DNA of 64,000 bases from Lobosporangium transversale (Eukaryota): NCBI RefSeq assembly GCF_002105155.1, contig NW_019028992.1, positions 186,001 through 250,000 on the forward strand, read 5' to 3'. The position numbers were made by a program, and so were the translations under genes. The notes beneath the pieces are model-generated. The model saw only the letters and a program-made list of their open reading frames with translations. It was not told the origin of the DNA and ran no database searches. Each line of letters begins with the position of its first letter. Positions within the stretch are counted from its first letter, which is position 1. Shown here in pieces: positions 14,416 to 28,471 of this stretch.

Positions 14416-15180
14416 GGAAACTGAGGATTTCATGAAACTTTATCAAACTGAATTTTTTTTTTTAGCCAATTCTTGATTTTACCACCATATCAACAACAAG
14501 GACATGGAAGTAGACTCTACCAATCACTTTATAATGATTTTTGCAGTCGAAAAGAGATCAGAGAAATTACAGGTGAGACTTCTTCCGTTCAGTGGTTAGA
14601 AATAATACATCCGTGTATCATTGAATGTTTACATTCTCAGATGAAGGATGTATTAAAGGCTTTTTTTTTTTTTTTTTTTTTTTTTCGACACTTAATATTG
14701 TGGCAAAATAGTTGAAGATCCAAATGATGATTTTAGTGATTTGAGAGACAGGAACGATATGAAGCATTTGACTGCAAAAGGTGTTTTCAAGGATATACAG
14801 GCGCCTATTAAGGCAGATAGGATAGCAGAAGTTGCCAAGACCTACAAGTTGACAAAGGTTTGCAAATCCATTCATTTTCTGCTGGACACTTCCTACAATA
14901 AATGGGTCCATATTAAGAATCTCTCTCTTTTTTTTACCATCTGATGAATGTTGGTTAATAGAAACAAGTAGCGCGTTGTTATGAGATGGCATTGTTGAGG
15001 AATTTGGATAAACGGAACAAGGGACAATACAAGGCCTTCCGCCTACAAGTAAAAGGTCGTTTATATAAGCACAATGCTGAGGCTCTAGCAACACTTGACA
15101 AAGGGGAAAGAATTGAGAAACTACACGAGACATTTTTAGCAGTTGAGGAAGACTATCATCGGATCCTGGCACTTCTCTAA
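13091..15180 (+). CDS. HAT1: Histone acetyltransferase type B catalytic subunit
   Basis: Multi-exon. Motifs FNPAYTYPMFGEQEQIFGYKDL, YHKRLQCFAIFFIEGASII, RMRISQFLILPPYQQQGHGS, ITVEDPNDDFSDLRD, FRLQVKGRLYKHN. Confidence 0.93.
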
Positions 15181-15441
15181 TTACCCTTATCCCCGATTAA
15201 AAATGTCTTTCTGTATCATGTAATGGATAAAAATTAATAATTATAAAATAAAAAAGTAAAAAAAGTAAAAAGTAAATCGCGTGCCCTTGTCATTGTCATT
15301 GTAATAAAGGTGACACGTTCACCATGTGGGTTTTACATGAAGTTACATGAAGTTTGATTTCTTTTCTAGCTTTTCAGAGTTTTATGCAAACGCGGTCCAC
15401 GGTCCACGATCCACGGGTCTACCTAATTATTTTCCTTTATA

Positions 15442-16001
15442 ATGCGCTGGTTCTTTGTCTTTCTAGTCTTGTTGCAGTGTCTCCTATTAGCAGGACTGGG
15501 CTTTTTACCAACAGACCTGATTCCTTACCATGAGATTCTTCCTCAAGACAAGACTCTCCATTTCACAGGATTCCTCATCTTGACTTTTCTGGTTTTCTTT
15601 ATCTGGGACCATCCTCAGTCTCTATATAACATCCTCTTGACTGCTTTACCCGTCAGCATTTTGGCCTTTGGATCCGAGATATTCCAGCCGATTCTCTCGC
15701 CTGTAAGGAAAGGAAAAGAAAAGAAAAGAAAAGAAAAATATATATACGCAATTGATTGGTCTCTTTCTTTTCTTCTTTTTTTATTTGCGCAAATGTTTAA
15801 TTGGCTGTTGAAAACAATCCAATGATACTTTCTGGAGGGTTTTTTTTTAATCCATAGACAAGGACGTATGATAGCCATGATATTGAAGCCAATGCTACAG
15901 GTGCTGTCGTCGGACTTTGCTTGGCTATCCTGGTGGATTATTTTCGAAAAGCACGGTATTCACGTACCCAGGTTCGATATGAAACCCTTGAGATGGTTTG
16001 A
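15442..16001 (+). CDS. VanZ-like small membrane protein
   Basis: Exons 15442-15702 and 15858-16001. Motifs DKTLHFTGF, SEIFQPILSP|TRTYDSHDIEANATG, with hydrophobic helices. Confidence 0.8.
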
Positions 16002-16363
16002 AAATCGATCCTATTCGAGGTGTGTTACTGTACAAAAAGTGGAAAGGTTCAACACATAAACAACGCTGTAAGGAATCAAGGGAAGATATACAAAAAAAAA
16101 GCTTATTCAAGAACGTTTGCATCTGTTGACGGATGCCTCAAACCATTTTAGACTCCTCTAAATTTCGCGTCACCAGATTAAATATGAAAAAAAAAAAAAA
16201 AAAAGAATCTGTCATTGCCCATGAAGTGTTACGAGCTTACAATGCATCATAAAATACATTTGTCTATATTGGACAGTAAAAAAAAAAGCAGCTAAACTAA
16301 AATGCAAGTAAGCGTCGATTGCGATGATTGGTCTCTTCCTTTTTCTTTTATCTCTAAATGGGA

Positions 16364-17587
16364 TTAATGAGATGGGGATGTTGGAGTGGAATTACGAATA
16401 GGTCCAGTTGGGAAAGCTGTCTTTGGGATAGTGCCTCGTCTCTTCAAGGGTGTGGGTACATAGTTTGGATCAGCCCCCCAGTCCTGCACAGTGATAAATG
16501 GCTGATCACCCGCAGACTCTTTTGCAGGCGAGAATGCCAAGACTGTAGGTGTTGCTGGTGGGAAGAGTGACGAAGCTGGAGAGCCGACATCTCCAAGGGC
16601 GTTAGTAGAGGCTGGGGTAGAGGATGTAGCAGTCGCAGGAGGTTTATGGGTATCGATCTTGAGACCTCGAATTTGATGCTGCAATCTTTCCTGTATTTCC
16701 TTTTCGCTCTCATCAAGGCTCTTCTTTGCACCTTGTTGCTGCTGCACTGCTGCTTCTGCTTCTGTTTTCGTTGATCCTGCTCCTGCTCCTGCTCCTTCTG
16801 TTGCTCCTTCTGTTGCTCCTTTTGATTCTACTCCAGAACTGGTGGCGTTAACATGCTGCTCGTGCTCTTCATACTCTTGAGGCTTTTGTGCCTCACCCAA
16901 TGAGAGGTCTTCAATTTCATCGTGTGCGAGGAAGAGATGGGATCGATCTGCAAAAGTCCCATCAGGTCTTGGAAGCTGATAGACTGGCTGACCCATGTCG
17001 AGCAATGCCTTCACCAAATCATCCGCTAGATGAACAGCATTAGGTGGGTCCTCCCGAATTTGGGTCCATCCAATAGGGGGTGATCCTGGAGGTGAGATGA
17101 GCCAGTTCTTTTCGAGCTCTGGTGGATGTAGATATCGGCTTGCAGGGTCAGCAGAGATCTCTGTATGCTATAAAATTCAAAAATGATCATATATTCAAAC
17201 AAATATGCGAGTTTTGTGAGTTGAGCGAGCACGGAACGATGGAAGGATAGAAGGATAAGAAAGATAGAAAAGATGAGATTGTACTGAATAAGCCATCTGA
17301 AATAAAAATGGTATTTTTACCTGGCCAAAGTAGACCCGAATGGTCGTGCCTTCAAAGGTAGTATTGTGGAGGAGAGCTTTAGCTCGTTGAGCATCAAAGG
17401 TAGAGTGGTAGACAACAAAGACTCGATAGAAAGATTTGATCGGCGCAAAGTAGTAAACCTCTCCAAATTCCTCAACTTTGGCTTTGAGTTTGAGCATGGT
17501 CTCCTTCTCAAAATGAGGTGCCTCGAGGTTGGTGACCATCAAGGTATTGGTTGGCAGTGTAGGTGTGGGTGTGACGGACTCTGACAT
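16364..17587 (-). CDS. RCN1: Calcipressin (regulator of calcineurin, RCAN family)
   Basis: Exons 17587-17321 and 17167-16364. N-terminal RRM-like domain, KNWLISPPGSPPIGW, PxIxIT-like PFITVQ, C-terminal PKTAFP. Confidence 0.92.
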
Positions 17588-19599
17588 GATGGAAACTGAT
17601 TCAAAATGAAGAGAAGAGAAGAGGTAGGATGAATAATAATGATAATATATCGGAGGTACAATAAAATGAATAGGAAGAAAGAATGCTAGGGAAAAAAGGA
17701 AGAGAAGGAAGGAAGGAATGTGAATGAAATGAAAAAGAAAATAATTTAACGACAAACGAAGGGACAGACATGAGATCCCTTAGTGGAGCAATTTTAGCTT
17801 CTCAGACTAGCACAATGGGAGCTCCTATTACGTGTATGATCCGGATAATATCGCGCCCTTCATACACACTCTCCTCTCCCGAGGTCACGTCTTTTATAAT
17901 AGTTGGAACAGCTCCCAGCTGTTCATCCAGACGGGTGTGAACTTTCAACCACTGTCCAGAAGCCCTCTGATTCTGGAAATGCTCACTATCGCTCATCTGG
18001 TACCTCACAGGTGCAGGCAGAGGAGGAGGTCCTATTTATTTGTCTATACTTCTACCGTCAAGGTAACGAGGCGGATAAAGCTTGTTCATTATCATAGAGT
18101 CACCTTATTTTACCTCTCACTCAAGTTGGCAGTCATGATCCAAGGTAGACTTGGGGCACAAAGGAGCGGAGAATAAAAGCGTAGTTGACGAACATTCTGA
18201 AGATCCCATAGGAGCTTTTTGTGGATCAACGACAGAGCAAATGTCTGTCAGCTGCACTTCAGACTTCTGTATAAGCTCCCATGACTCATGACAGGTTACC
18301 ACAGAGACTACATTTGATCTGCGAGCTACTAAAAAGATGCTGATACTGCTCTTGCGATCAGCAGTCATTTCATATGAGTTTTTACCGCAGTTTAGGATTT
18401 TTACCCTTTTATTTAGTGATGATCCCTAGATCCTCTTTCGTTCTCGTTATTTTATGTGATCCTGGCGTATTTCACCCGCGTTCCAAAATCAATCGAAAGG
18501 AAAAAGATAAAAATCGATGAAATTTTTTATATCAACATTGCTACATGCCTGTATATGAGTAACATGAATGGAATAGATGTTAAATGCTTAACAAAAATTG
18601 CTCGGAATGTTAATCAATACAAATACAAGATTAATGTTCATCGATAAGTCACATGTTCCTCAATAAAAGTCTAGATATTCATTAATACAAAAAACTATGT
18701 ATATACCCCTTGATGTACGGACCTTTATCTTTTTCACGCTTACCCTATTACCTGTCTAGTGTCTACTTGTCTGTCTAAAACTTTTCATACACATCTGGCT
18801 ATGGAACAACGTGTATAGAAAGAATACATGTTGAGCGCTGTACAAAACGCATGCAGTGAGCATACATATGTAAGGCACGCCAATGCAATAAACTCCATTG
18901 TATCGATTTTTATCTGTCAGACAAGTGGTTTGTCGATCAACATCGGCGTTATCCTTCCAACTGATTTGTGAACATCGATGAAATATGCCAGGAGTGGACA
19001 ATTTATTTTCTCCATAGGGAATTTCAAATATCCATATACCTATCCGTTACCGTTTAATTTTAAGACAATAAGGTGGATATCCAAGTAGCATCCGAAGTTC
19101 CAAGCAACATCTGAAAGAATTTGGAAGTAAAGTTATCGTGATAGCAGTTCTTTTTAAAAAAGGCGCTGATTAACTTTCAAAAATGAGTCCCCCAGTTGAT
19201 GTATTGGGGTGTTGATACTCTATTCTTCAAAGACCCTAGCTGCATATGCTAGCTTGTAAATCGAGTCTCTCAGTTTTATGTGGGATTGAGTATATATACC
19301 AGCATTGTTCATACAGAAAGTAAGCGACATCAACCCCTTTGGTTGGATGATCCTTAGACTGTCTTGAAGGTCCACCCCATCACTCGTAGACAGAGCATAC
19401 AAGTTTTTGTATGTATCTATCTCCTCTTCACTGTTATACTTCATAACCCACTAGGCGGTAACAACTTCATGACTAGTTATATCATAAGCATTCTTCAGAA
19501 GGTATTAAGCTATCGCACGTGGGGCTCCACGCAGCTTCTCATATACTTCAGGTGTTAAATATTTTGAATTAGCAACCTGCTGGCGCCCCTCCTTGACTA

Positions 19600-20140
19600 G
19601 ACTATTGCCAACTTCTCTTTTTGAATCTTTGGAGTCGGGTTGTTTGCAGTGGCATGGCTTTGTACTTTTGGGATAGTACATCTAACATTCAGCATCTGCT
19701 GAATAAACCACTGCCCAAAGCTATTCATTGATAAACGTTCCTTGATACGAATGTAGATGTAGAGCCAATATGGAAAATATGGAATTATATAGCAGTGTTT
19801 CTGACAGATCATTTGCCTCTTCAGTCCCCGGACGTATTGCAATGCCCCAGTCGATAAGATACCCTTTGTTCCTATAGAGAATTAAATTTGAATGGCTGAC
19901 GCCGCAGTGCAGTATATCGTGTTGGTTAGCAGTCTTTGGAGTATTAGCAACATCAAAAGCATCTTGCAGAATCGTCTTTAGAGTATGTTTTTGCACTTCA
20001 GGATGATCTCCTAAGCATATACAAATAACAATCATTTAAAGAAAATGCTTACCTCCAATTGACGTCGGTCTTTCTAAATCCAAGAGCTTTAGGAGTAAAT
20101 TGAACCTCATGACCTGCAAGGCATTGAAGGGCTTCAAGTC
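19600..20140 (-). pseudogene. Decayed protein-kinase fragment (fungal-specific/Crinkler-type kinase-like)
   Basis: ILHCGVSHSNLILYRNKGYLIDWGIA resembles the catalytic loop HRDISxxN and the IDWG (DFG-equivalent) motif. HRD is mutated and the frames are broken. Boundaries approximate. Confidence 0.6.
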
Positions 20141-20676
20141 CTCTGTCTTAGGTCGATGTCTTGACTTCAGCTTTTTCGCCGGCTGTAATCCCAATCATCA
20201 CAGTACTCTCCTTCGCAGCAACAACAGTGACAAAGTCTCCTTACTCACTAGATCTACTTAGGAGGAGAGAACCGAACTGGAGGTTATTAAGTATCTTTGA
20301 TATTGTATCTTTTAATATTAGGTGGAGAATATCCTAATTGTGGTTCAGGTCTGTCACTATCTCCCAATATCTCCAAAGGATGTCATCATAGTTTTCTCGA
20401 GAGCTAGTTTACCCAGGAGGTCATCAACTGGCAAGCACTCTTCTTAGAAAACGAATTTGCGAGGCGGCAGCTAAGTTCATACCCAAGAGTCATATTTTCA
20501 TAGTGGCTGTTCGGTGCCTGGGCATCCAAATTCTTCTCACAAGATCCATGTCTGAGAAATTTCACACAGCTTGTTGAACGGTTTGTGATAATCACGTGCA
20601 TGCGCATCTTTTTTACTGACGGCGTTGCTTTTATTCCAGGAAGGACAACCCTTCATATGAGAGTCCATCTTTTCTC

Positions 20677-23600
20677 ATGCGAACAGCCGACCTCATTCAT
20701 CTCTTGCGAAGCCATGAGAGATCTCTCCCATCCACCTATGCTCTCCTTGCTTCCCTTGGCGTCACAAGGAGACTTCACCTTCTAGGTGAACTCTCCAATT
20801 GGCTTCTGGTAGAGCTACAAAAATATCATGGTCGACAGCAGCAGCAACGGTTAGAGATCGACCATGATAGGAATCATCACAACAATAAGGGCAACAGTTA
20901 CTATGCTTCTACTGCTTCTACAATCTCAGTTACACCCTCTGAGACACCGCAGCAACGCTCCATACGCAGCCAGATCAAACACACTTTATTGGGCATTCAG
21001 ATCTTGCTCGACACTGCGGACGAAAATGTCACAAATAACAATAATAATAATAATGTCAGTAGTAGTGGTAACAGTAGCAATGATACACTCAAGACATTAT
21101 TACCTCTCGACGAGAAGCAGAAGACTCAGATTTTTGCCAGTTTTTTGAAACCTATTTTAATCGGTACGATGCCTCTCGGTGGCCCCAACATTGATACAAC
21201 GGACGTACAGTTGCTTTGCGCAAAGATTCTCTCATTCTGTACTCACCCCAACAACAACGCTAGTAATCCTACCGCGGTCGTTACTCCCTTACCAACCTCA
21301 AATGCATTATGTCCGCCATACACGTTCGCGATGCGGTTAATGACATACGAATCTCCTGCAGCCCCAGGGAACGACGACATCTCAATAAAGTCAACGGCCC
21401 CACAACAGCTGGCTGTTAGTGGTATCATGGGGCTTTCAGCATTACTGGGGTCACCTCTGGTCAAACTGCAGGAATATGGACTTCGCATCTTGACCTCGTA
21501 TCGATCCTTAGTGCAATTAGATGCAACTTGGGAAATGCTGGATCCTCTGAAACGCGTCTTGGAAAGGCTCGAGCACAACTTGGCTTCTTCTTTATCGACT
21601 GATCTACTAGAGTTGAGTCCTGAAAAGGACCCCAACGACGATAATAAAGATCAGGACAAAGACAAGAACAAGGACAATGATGGTGGTAAACAAACCACAT
21701 CATCATTAGCCTCAGCAAAAACAAAAACAAAAACAACAACCCAGGAGCTGGAGATGGCAATCAACACCCAAGCTAAAGCCCTCAGCCTCCTCCAATGGTT
21801 CTTTCAGGAAGCTGAAGGGGACCTACTTGCCAAGAAACCTACAGACCATACGGTCAATCGCACCACAGCTCCAACAATGAGTGATAGTACTACCACTATT
21901 ACTACTACCGCTGCTATGACTGCTAGTGTTACTAAAGTGGAGAAATTAAAGGATGCAGCGCTCCCAGAATTGTTGATTGATATCTGGGAAACCATCCAAC
22001 ACATTGTGCTGTTTAATAATCGGTCCATAGAGCGACTCGTGCTCACTGTCAGCGCTTCCATCTACTGGTTATGCTGGGTTTTTCGGAATGACACCACAGT
22101 GATGACTTATGTGATGACGGAACGTGCAGACACATTGATGGCATGGTTCGGGTATTACGTCGTCCCACACGACTGTGAAACCAACGCTCTGTCAGCAATA
22201 CCTGCCTCTGCTTCTTTAACGACATCCTTGACGATGAAGGAAGATAATCCTAATCCTTCTCGTAAAACACAAAGCAAGGACATGGGCAAAGGCAGCGACA
22301 AAGACAAGCACGAAAATTCCCAAAGAGATAGCATCATTCTTGAATATCTCACAAAACTCATACGGAACATGGTCACGTTAAAAAAATATCATTCACTATT
22401 ATTCTCTGGAAAACGACCTATCGGGATTACGATCATGCGAAGAACGATCGAGTTTCTGGAAGGGATCCTTGATTCAACCCCTTTACCACTTCATGACCGA
22501 TCACCATCTCATCCCCATTCGCTACCTAACCCTCCTTTTGATCAGGATGCTATTGCTAATACAATTACCGCAACTATCCGAGGAGATTCAACAGAAGGAA
22601 CAGTGTCTTATTCTGTCAGGATGATCCAGCTGCGGCCCGTAGTACTGGAGGCTATGCTTATGATTTTGCTTGGATCCATTAACGGGTCTTCTGAAGGCAC
22701 GGATTTAGTCTTCCTTCACATTCAAAATTTGATCCATGTCTGGCTGTTGTTACTCTTGGACCTCAAGGACCTCTTTGGGGTCCAGTACCCTTCCTCAGCC
22801 CAGGCAAGTCTGAAAAAAATTAGAGAGCTCTCATTGACTTTGTTATCAATGGTATTGACGAAGGGACATGAGAGACCCACTCTTTTTAGACAAGGAATCA
22901 TGGCAGATGTACCCATGTCACATTGGACACTTGGATATGAGGCACTTGTAGAGATCATCATGCAGCCACTTGAATTTGAAATGAGCAGAGCAGAGACTTC
23001 AGAAACAACCTCAGCTATAGCAGAAGAAGCGGATGAAATGGGTATGAAAGCATTGAAAGTGTTTATGTTATTCTGGAAGATTCATCCAAAGGCTCGCAAT
23101 ACATTAGCGGATTTGTTGGGACCTCGGCTTCATCAATTAAAGATGGTACCCATTTTAGTATGCCTCCCAAAGGACAGTAATAAGGGAAATGGCGGTCAAT
23201 TGCGCGGACGCGATTCCGACAACAATGAAAATAGCAAAAGTACTGACAGCGGATGGAGGAAGGAACGAGCGATGTTATTGCTAGAGACCATTGTTTCCTT
23301 TGGATCCGAGTCAAGTGTGCGAATCAAGATGCGGGAGGCCTGGTCATCATTGGCGTTCCTAGTAAGCTTGCTAGGCGCAAGCATGCGACGCCTTGCATGG
23401 GCCCAGTACAGCCCCAGAGAAAAGCTACCTAGGGTCATTGCTATGAAATGTTTTATGGCTTTGCGACACTTTTGGTATGACCATGTGGGTCTTCGACAAT
23501 TGATCGATCTACAAATTTCTCCACATCTACAACAACAGCCACATAATGATCGAGTTGGGAATGAACCTGGCGATAGTGAGGATGGCGATTATTTGGAGCT

Positions 23601-24365
23601 TTGGAGGAAGTTGATGCCGTCAGATGTGGCAGCTGAATACCAAACCACAAAAACCGACGCAGTCGCAGGAACAGCAGTAGGAACATTGCCTTCACCATCC
23701 ATCGTTCCAGTCTTACTCTCCATATTAGCACCGCCAGGTACAGAATGGACAAGTGATTTTATGCTTAGCTTAGCTCTCTCAGTTCCAGGCGATGACCCAG
23801 AGGTTATAAGGATTAGGAAGAATAAGATTAAGAGAAGGGTACGACATCCGTTATTTGAGCAGCGAGATCCTATATTGGCGGAAGCGGCGTTGATCTTAGT
23901 TCCACTTTCGCAGTTTTTGGAATGCCAACGACGACTTGTCTCAAAACCAGGGGCTATCTGGATGTTGGCCCGATTAATGGTTGAGCGGTCGCTTATTGGA
24001 CATTTGGGAGATCCCAACCAGGCTCGCCATCGACTCAAAGTTGATATTCATCATCCTCCTGGGAATACGACGATAAGTGTTGATACTGCTGATGAAAACC
24101 CACAGACTCTGATGGAGAAGGCGCTCTTTAGAGCACTTTCATCTATCTTTTCAAACCGTGATCTAGCCAAGGAGCTTGTCTCGAATAATACTATTACTGA
24201 AGCCTTTGCAGCCATCATGGAGATGGATCGGCCTTTGAGGTTTTATGCGAGGAAAATGAAATTTGAAGGTTAGTTATTTAATAATACCTCATAAAAAAAA
24301 ATAAAAAAAAAAAAAAAAAAAAAAGACTTTGAACGTGAAGCACCTCTTCACAACTGACCAATTGA

Positions 24366-24396
<31 letters not shown>

Positions 24397-26360
24397 CCTT
24401 AAATGCCATTCCAGATGGCATGACTGCTGATACTGAGGCCGTGGTTACGGATACCGAAGAAAAAACAAAACAAGGAGTGGAGGACACGACGTCGAGTACT
24501 TTTGGTGAAAGCAGGGATAGCAGCAATAATAGCAGCAACGGCCACCGTGATGATGACCATAGCAACTTTGCACCCAGCAAAGAAGAGCATCACATCCACG
24601 ATCGTGGCTTGATTCTTAATACCACTTTTACTTCTGCCATCAATACTACTATGGTTACTATTCCTACTGGTGCTATGGCTCCTACGGAGCAAATTCAACC
24701 CCGCATGCTCCCTACACCTCATCACTATTTGTTTCACCAACAGCTTCTGGAAGTCCTCCAGACAATCATGGAGCCGTCCTTAGTTCAATTCGAGCGGATC
24801 TATCAGTACATTGGCGGGAACCGTTCACTTCAAGAACCGGATGAAACTGCGGAATCATTCTATTGGATGCGTGAGTACTGTGCACTCATCCTTTTTTATC
24901 TTTCTGATCGAGATCGACCCTTGTCTCGTCCAGGTCATCATCCCTCTATACTATTCCAAAGACCAAAGCCAATGACGACTACTACAGACGACAAGACAAC
25001 GTATCTGAAAACAGAATCCATTTTAGGGATCATAGGCAGGATGTTGACATTAGAGATGGACTATGAGGATGAACATAAAGAAGGAGAGGAAGAAGAAGGT
25101 AGAACAAGAAATGAAGGTACTATCGGAAGGGATAATGGTCTGCTTCAAGACACCAGAACAACAGCTACCGGTAACGATAACAGCAATAGCCATAGTAAGG
25201 AGAAGGATTTGATCAGTGCTCAAAAAGAAGAAGCACTCTTGAGACGACTCAGTGCAGGGTTAGCGATCCAGTCTGTCTGCTGGAAGCACTGGGATAAATG
25301 GCGACAACAGCATCAGAACTTTGTACAATCTTATAAAACAGTGACGACAACCGAATGGAAGGCGCATGTGGCTATTCTGAATGGCTCTGATAATAACAAT
25401 GGTACCAACAGCAACGGCAATAAGCCCAACAGCCTTGATACTCCAGTTCAGATCAAGTTTCTGATCCAAGGTCATGTTATATCCTTTCCAGATCGTTATC
25501 TCCTCTCGCGAGCCTCCATGTTCTTTCACACATTGCTAGTTGGAGATTTTATGGAGGCCACTCAACAGCATATTACCTTACATGATACGGACCCGGATGT
25601 GTTCCAGATGTTGTTGGAGGTTATACAAGAGTCTCAAATGACGGCGCAGCACTTGCTTCCTGAGGATTTACCGTTCCAGTTAGTGGTGCAACTGATGGTA
25701 TGTGCAGAACGGTATATGGTGGTCTTTGTAAGGCGGTTAGCAGAGGCTTGGATCTTGAAGACATTAAGCCGTAAAGAGTTGCAATATTATGATATGGATG
25801 GTCATAACAACTCTCCTGTAGAACAGGACGAAGAAGAAGAGATGACAAGGAAACAGATTAAAACTGTAGCAGACAGTGAGATGACCGTAGATCGGGTGGA
25901 CATTTCGTCGAAAATAGATACAACCAACAAGCATGATCGTGAATCGAGTCCACAGAGTGGTGGATCGCAACGGACGGATAAGCGACAAAAGCTAGAGAAG
26001 ACTCGAGACAGAAATGAGGAACCTCAGGATGTTGAAGATATAATAACGGACAGCAATGATATCGAAGACGAGGACAAGGATGAGGAGGATGAATCTCTTC
26101 AAGAATGTCTTTTGATGGTCTATGAGGCCTGCTCAGACCTTCCACTCCAATGCAGTCTTTCCTCCCCGTCTCATCCATTCCATGGCCTAGTCTGGGACTC
26201 GCTCAAGCGCATGGTCCTTCGTTTAGGGTCCGTTGCGATCACTCCACGGTTTGCGGCCATGCTCAACACAGGAGATGAGGAACGGATCGAACAGTTTTTG
26301 CATATTATATTCAATCTGATGATGGATCAGATTCCCTACTTCCCAAATATAACAGTATAG
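20677..26360 (+). CDS. ~1845-aa helical (ARM-like) protein with C-terminal BTB/POZ domain, ARMC5-like architecture
   Basis: Exons 20677-24268 and 24415-26360 join in phase. BTB motif IKFLIQGHVISFPDRYLLSRASMFFHTLLVGDFMEA...CAERYMV. ARM repeats are inferred only from Leu-rich helices. Confidence 0.75.
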
Positions 26361-26728
26361 ATGCAAAGAATTCGAGGCCATGATCTTCTTTGAGCACGCT
26401 CACTTCAGTTTATGCAAATAACTAGAACTATTTAAGCTACTATCATTTACTTGAAATATAAGGGTTTTTCAATAAGATCTGCAGCATGCAGAATCATGCA
26501 GGTGTATGAAACAATCACAAAAAAAAAAAAGTATTTTTGTCCTGGCATTTCATTTTTTTTTTTTTTTTTTTTTTTTTATCGAGAGCGACAGAGTAGGATA
26601 GTGTAAAAAGCGTTCTCTAGTTCCTCTTGTAAATTGGATGAATAGGCATTTCTACACTAGCTCGGTTAGGTGAATGATATCTTTTTTCTTTTCTTTTCTT
26701 TTTTATATATATAATATTGTTTTTTTCT

Positions 26729-27599
26729 TTACATCCGCAAAAGAAACTCTATCGCCGAATTAACATCTCCTCCTGAGGCCAGTAGAGCCCGCATATTTCT
26801 TTGATTGTCTGAGAATCCCATGTCACGCAGCGATGCCAGCTGTGATTGGAATCGCTCTTCTGGCGGGGGAAGCGTTGAACCGGGTGTCGACGTGGTCGAA
26901 GGATTAGGGATTGTGTTAGTGGTCGCAGTGGTATTTGTTGCAGAAGGAGTGATGGTAGTTGCAGTGGTCGCAGTAGAGGTAGCACTGTTGGCGGCAGGTG
27001 TCGTTGAATTAATGTTTGATGAAGTGTTGGAGTTATTATTAATGTTGCTGTTACTGTTGCGCCACCTATCGTCCAAAATAAATAAATAATAATAATAAAA
27101 AAAGTCAGAAAGCAATATTTTGAAAATGTCAAAGACAAAAAAGCATAATAAACAATGTCAAAATGTCAAACAAGCTTCAAGACTTACATGTTTCCAAATG
27201 GAGGAAAACCACTGTAGGATGGGGGCGATGATGTGGATTGTTGCTGTTGCATCTGCCTCATCATTTGCTGGAACTGCAGCATTTGTTGAAACATTTCTGG
27301 GTTGTTGCCACCCATGGGTGATAAATTACCATCGTTGTTGAAGATTGGGAAGCCAAACTGGTTTTGAGATGATCCATTTGTCCTTTGGTTCATCATGAAT
27401 CCAAAGGGGCTCTCGAAGCCATGAGCACCTGTGTTTCCAGGTTGGCTCCCTGGGGTTCCTGCGGTAGGGCTATCAAGACCTCCAAAAGGAGATAGTGCAC
27501 CAAATCCTGTCATTCCATGGGAAGGACTTCCACCCATGCCGAATCCTGGAAACATTGAACCTATATTGAATCAATCCACCAATTATGTCAATTACAGTT

Positions 27600-27652
<53 letters not shown>

Positions 27653-28423
27653 GAAAAAAGAAAAAAGAAAAAAAAAGTTGTTGAAAGTTACGTACCTCTC
27701 GTCGGTTGGCTTTGGTTCCTTGGGGGTGCCCAAGGGTTAGGAAGAGCAGTGGTATTGAGCTGTCCAGCTTGAGGGCGGGTATCAGCATTGAGCCGAGCAG
27801 CGAATTGTGCATTAAGATCGTCAGTTGAAGGCTCTGGCATGCTTCGTGAAGCCTCCATAGGTTCTTGAACACTGTGATACATTCGACGAAGATGATTAAA
27901 TCCACCGGGAACCATCTCCAGATTAGAAAGTGCTCTGTCATTGTTCCGCAGTGCCTGTTTCATCAACTTTGGATTCCTAGCCATGTCCATAGACTATTCA
28001 AGGATCATTTTTTGTAAGCACATGCAGACGTTCGCATTAAATTGTCACCAGTGCATTATCAGTCGTTATCTGTAGCTTGATGAAGAAATAAAAAAAAATA
28101 AAAAAAAGATGTCCTTACCTGACGGAGAAATGAAGGGTCATTGAGCATTTGTGCGACCTCGGGATTGTTTTCCATCACTTCCCTTGTGTGAGGGTTCGCC
28201 ATCATCATCCTCCGAACTACTTCAGGGTTTGCCATCATATCCTGTCAAATGATAAAAAAAATAAAAACAAAATCAGAATAGACTTTTTTTTTTTTTTTTC
28301 CACATAGGAAGGATATATAACTATACATGTGTGATTGTCATAATGCGTTCACTCACCCTAATAGCCGGATTTTCCAATAGAGTTGACATGAATGACTATC
28401 GATGATATTATTTTTTTTTTTTG

Positions 28424-28471
<48 letters not shown>

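Noticed and set aside
17800..18100. Crz1/CDRE-like GAGGC sites upstream of calcipressin
   Set aside because: Only an isolated short match, not above background.
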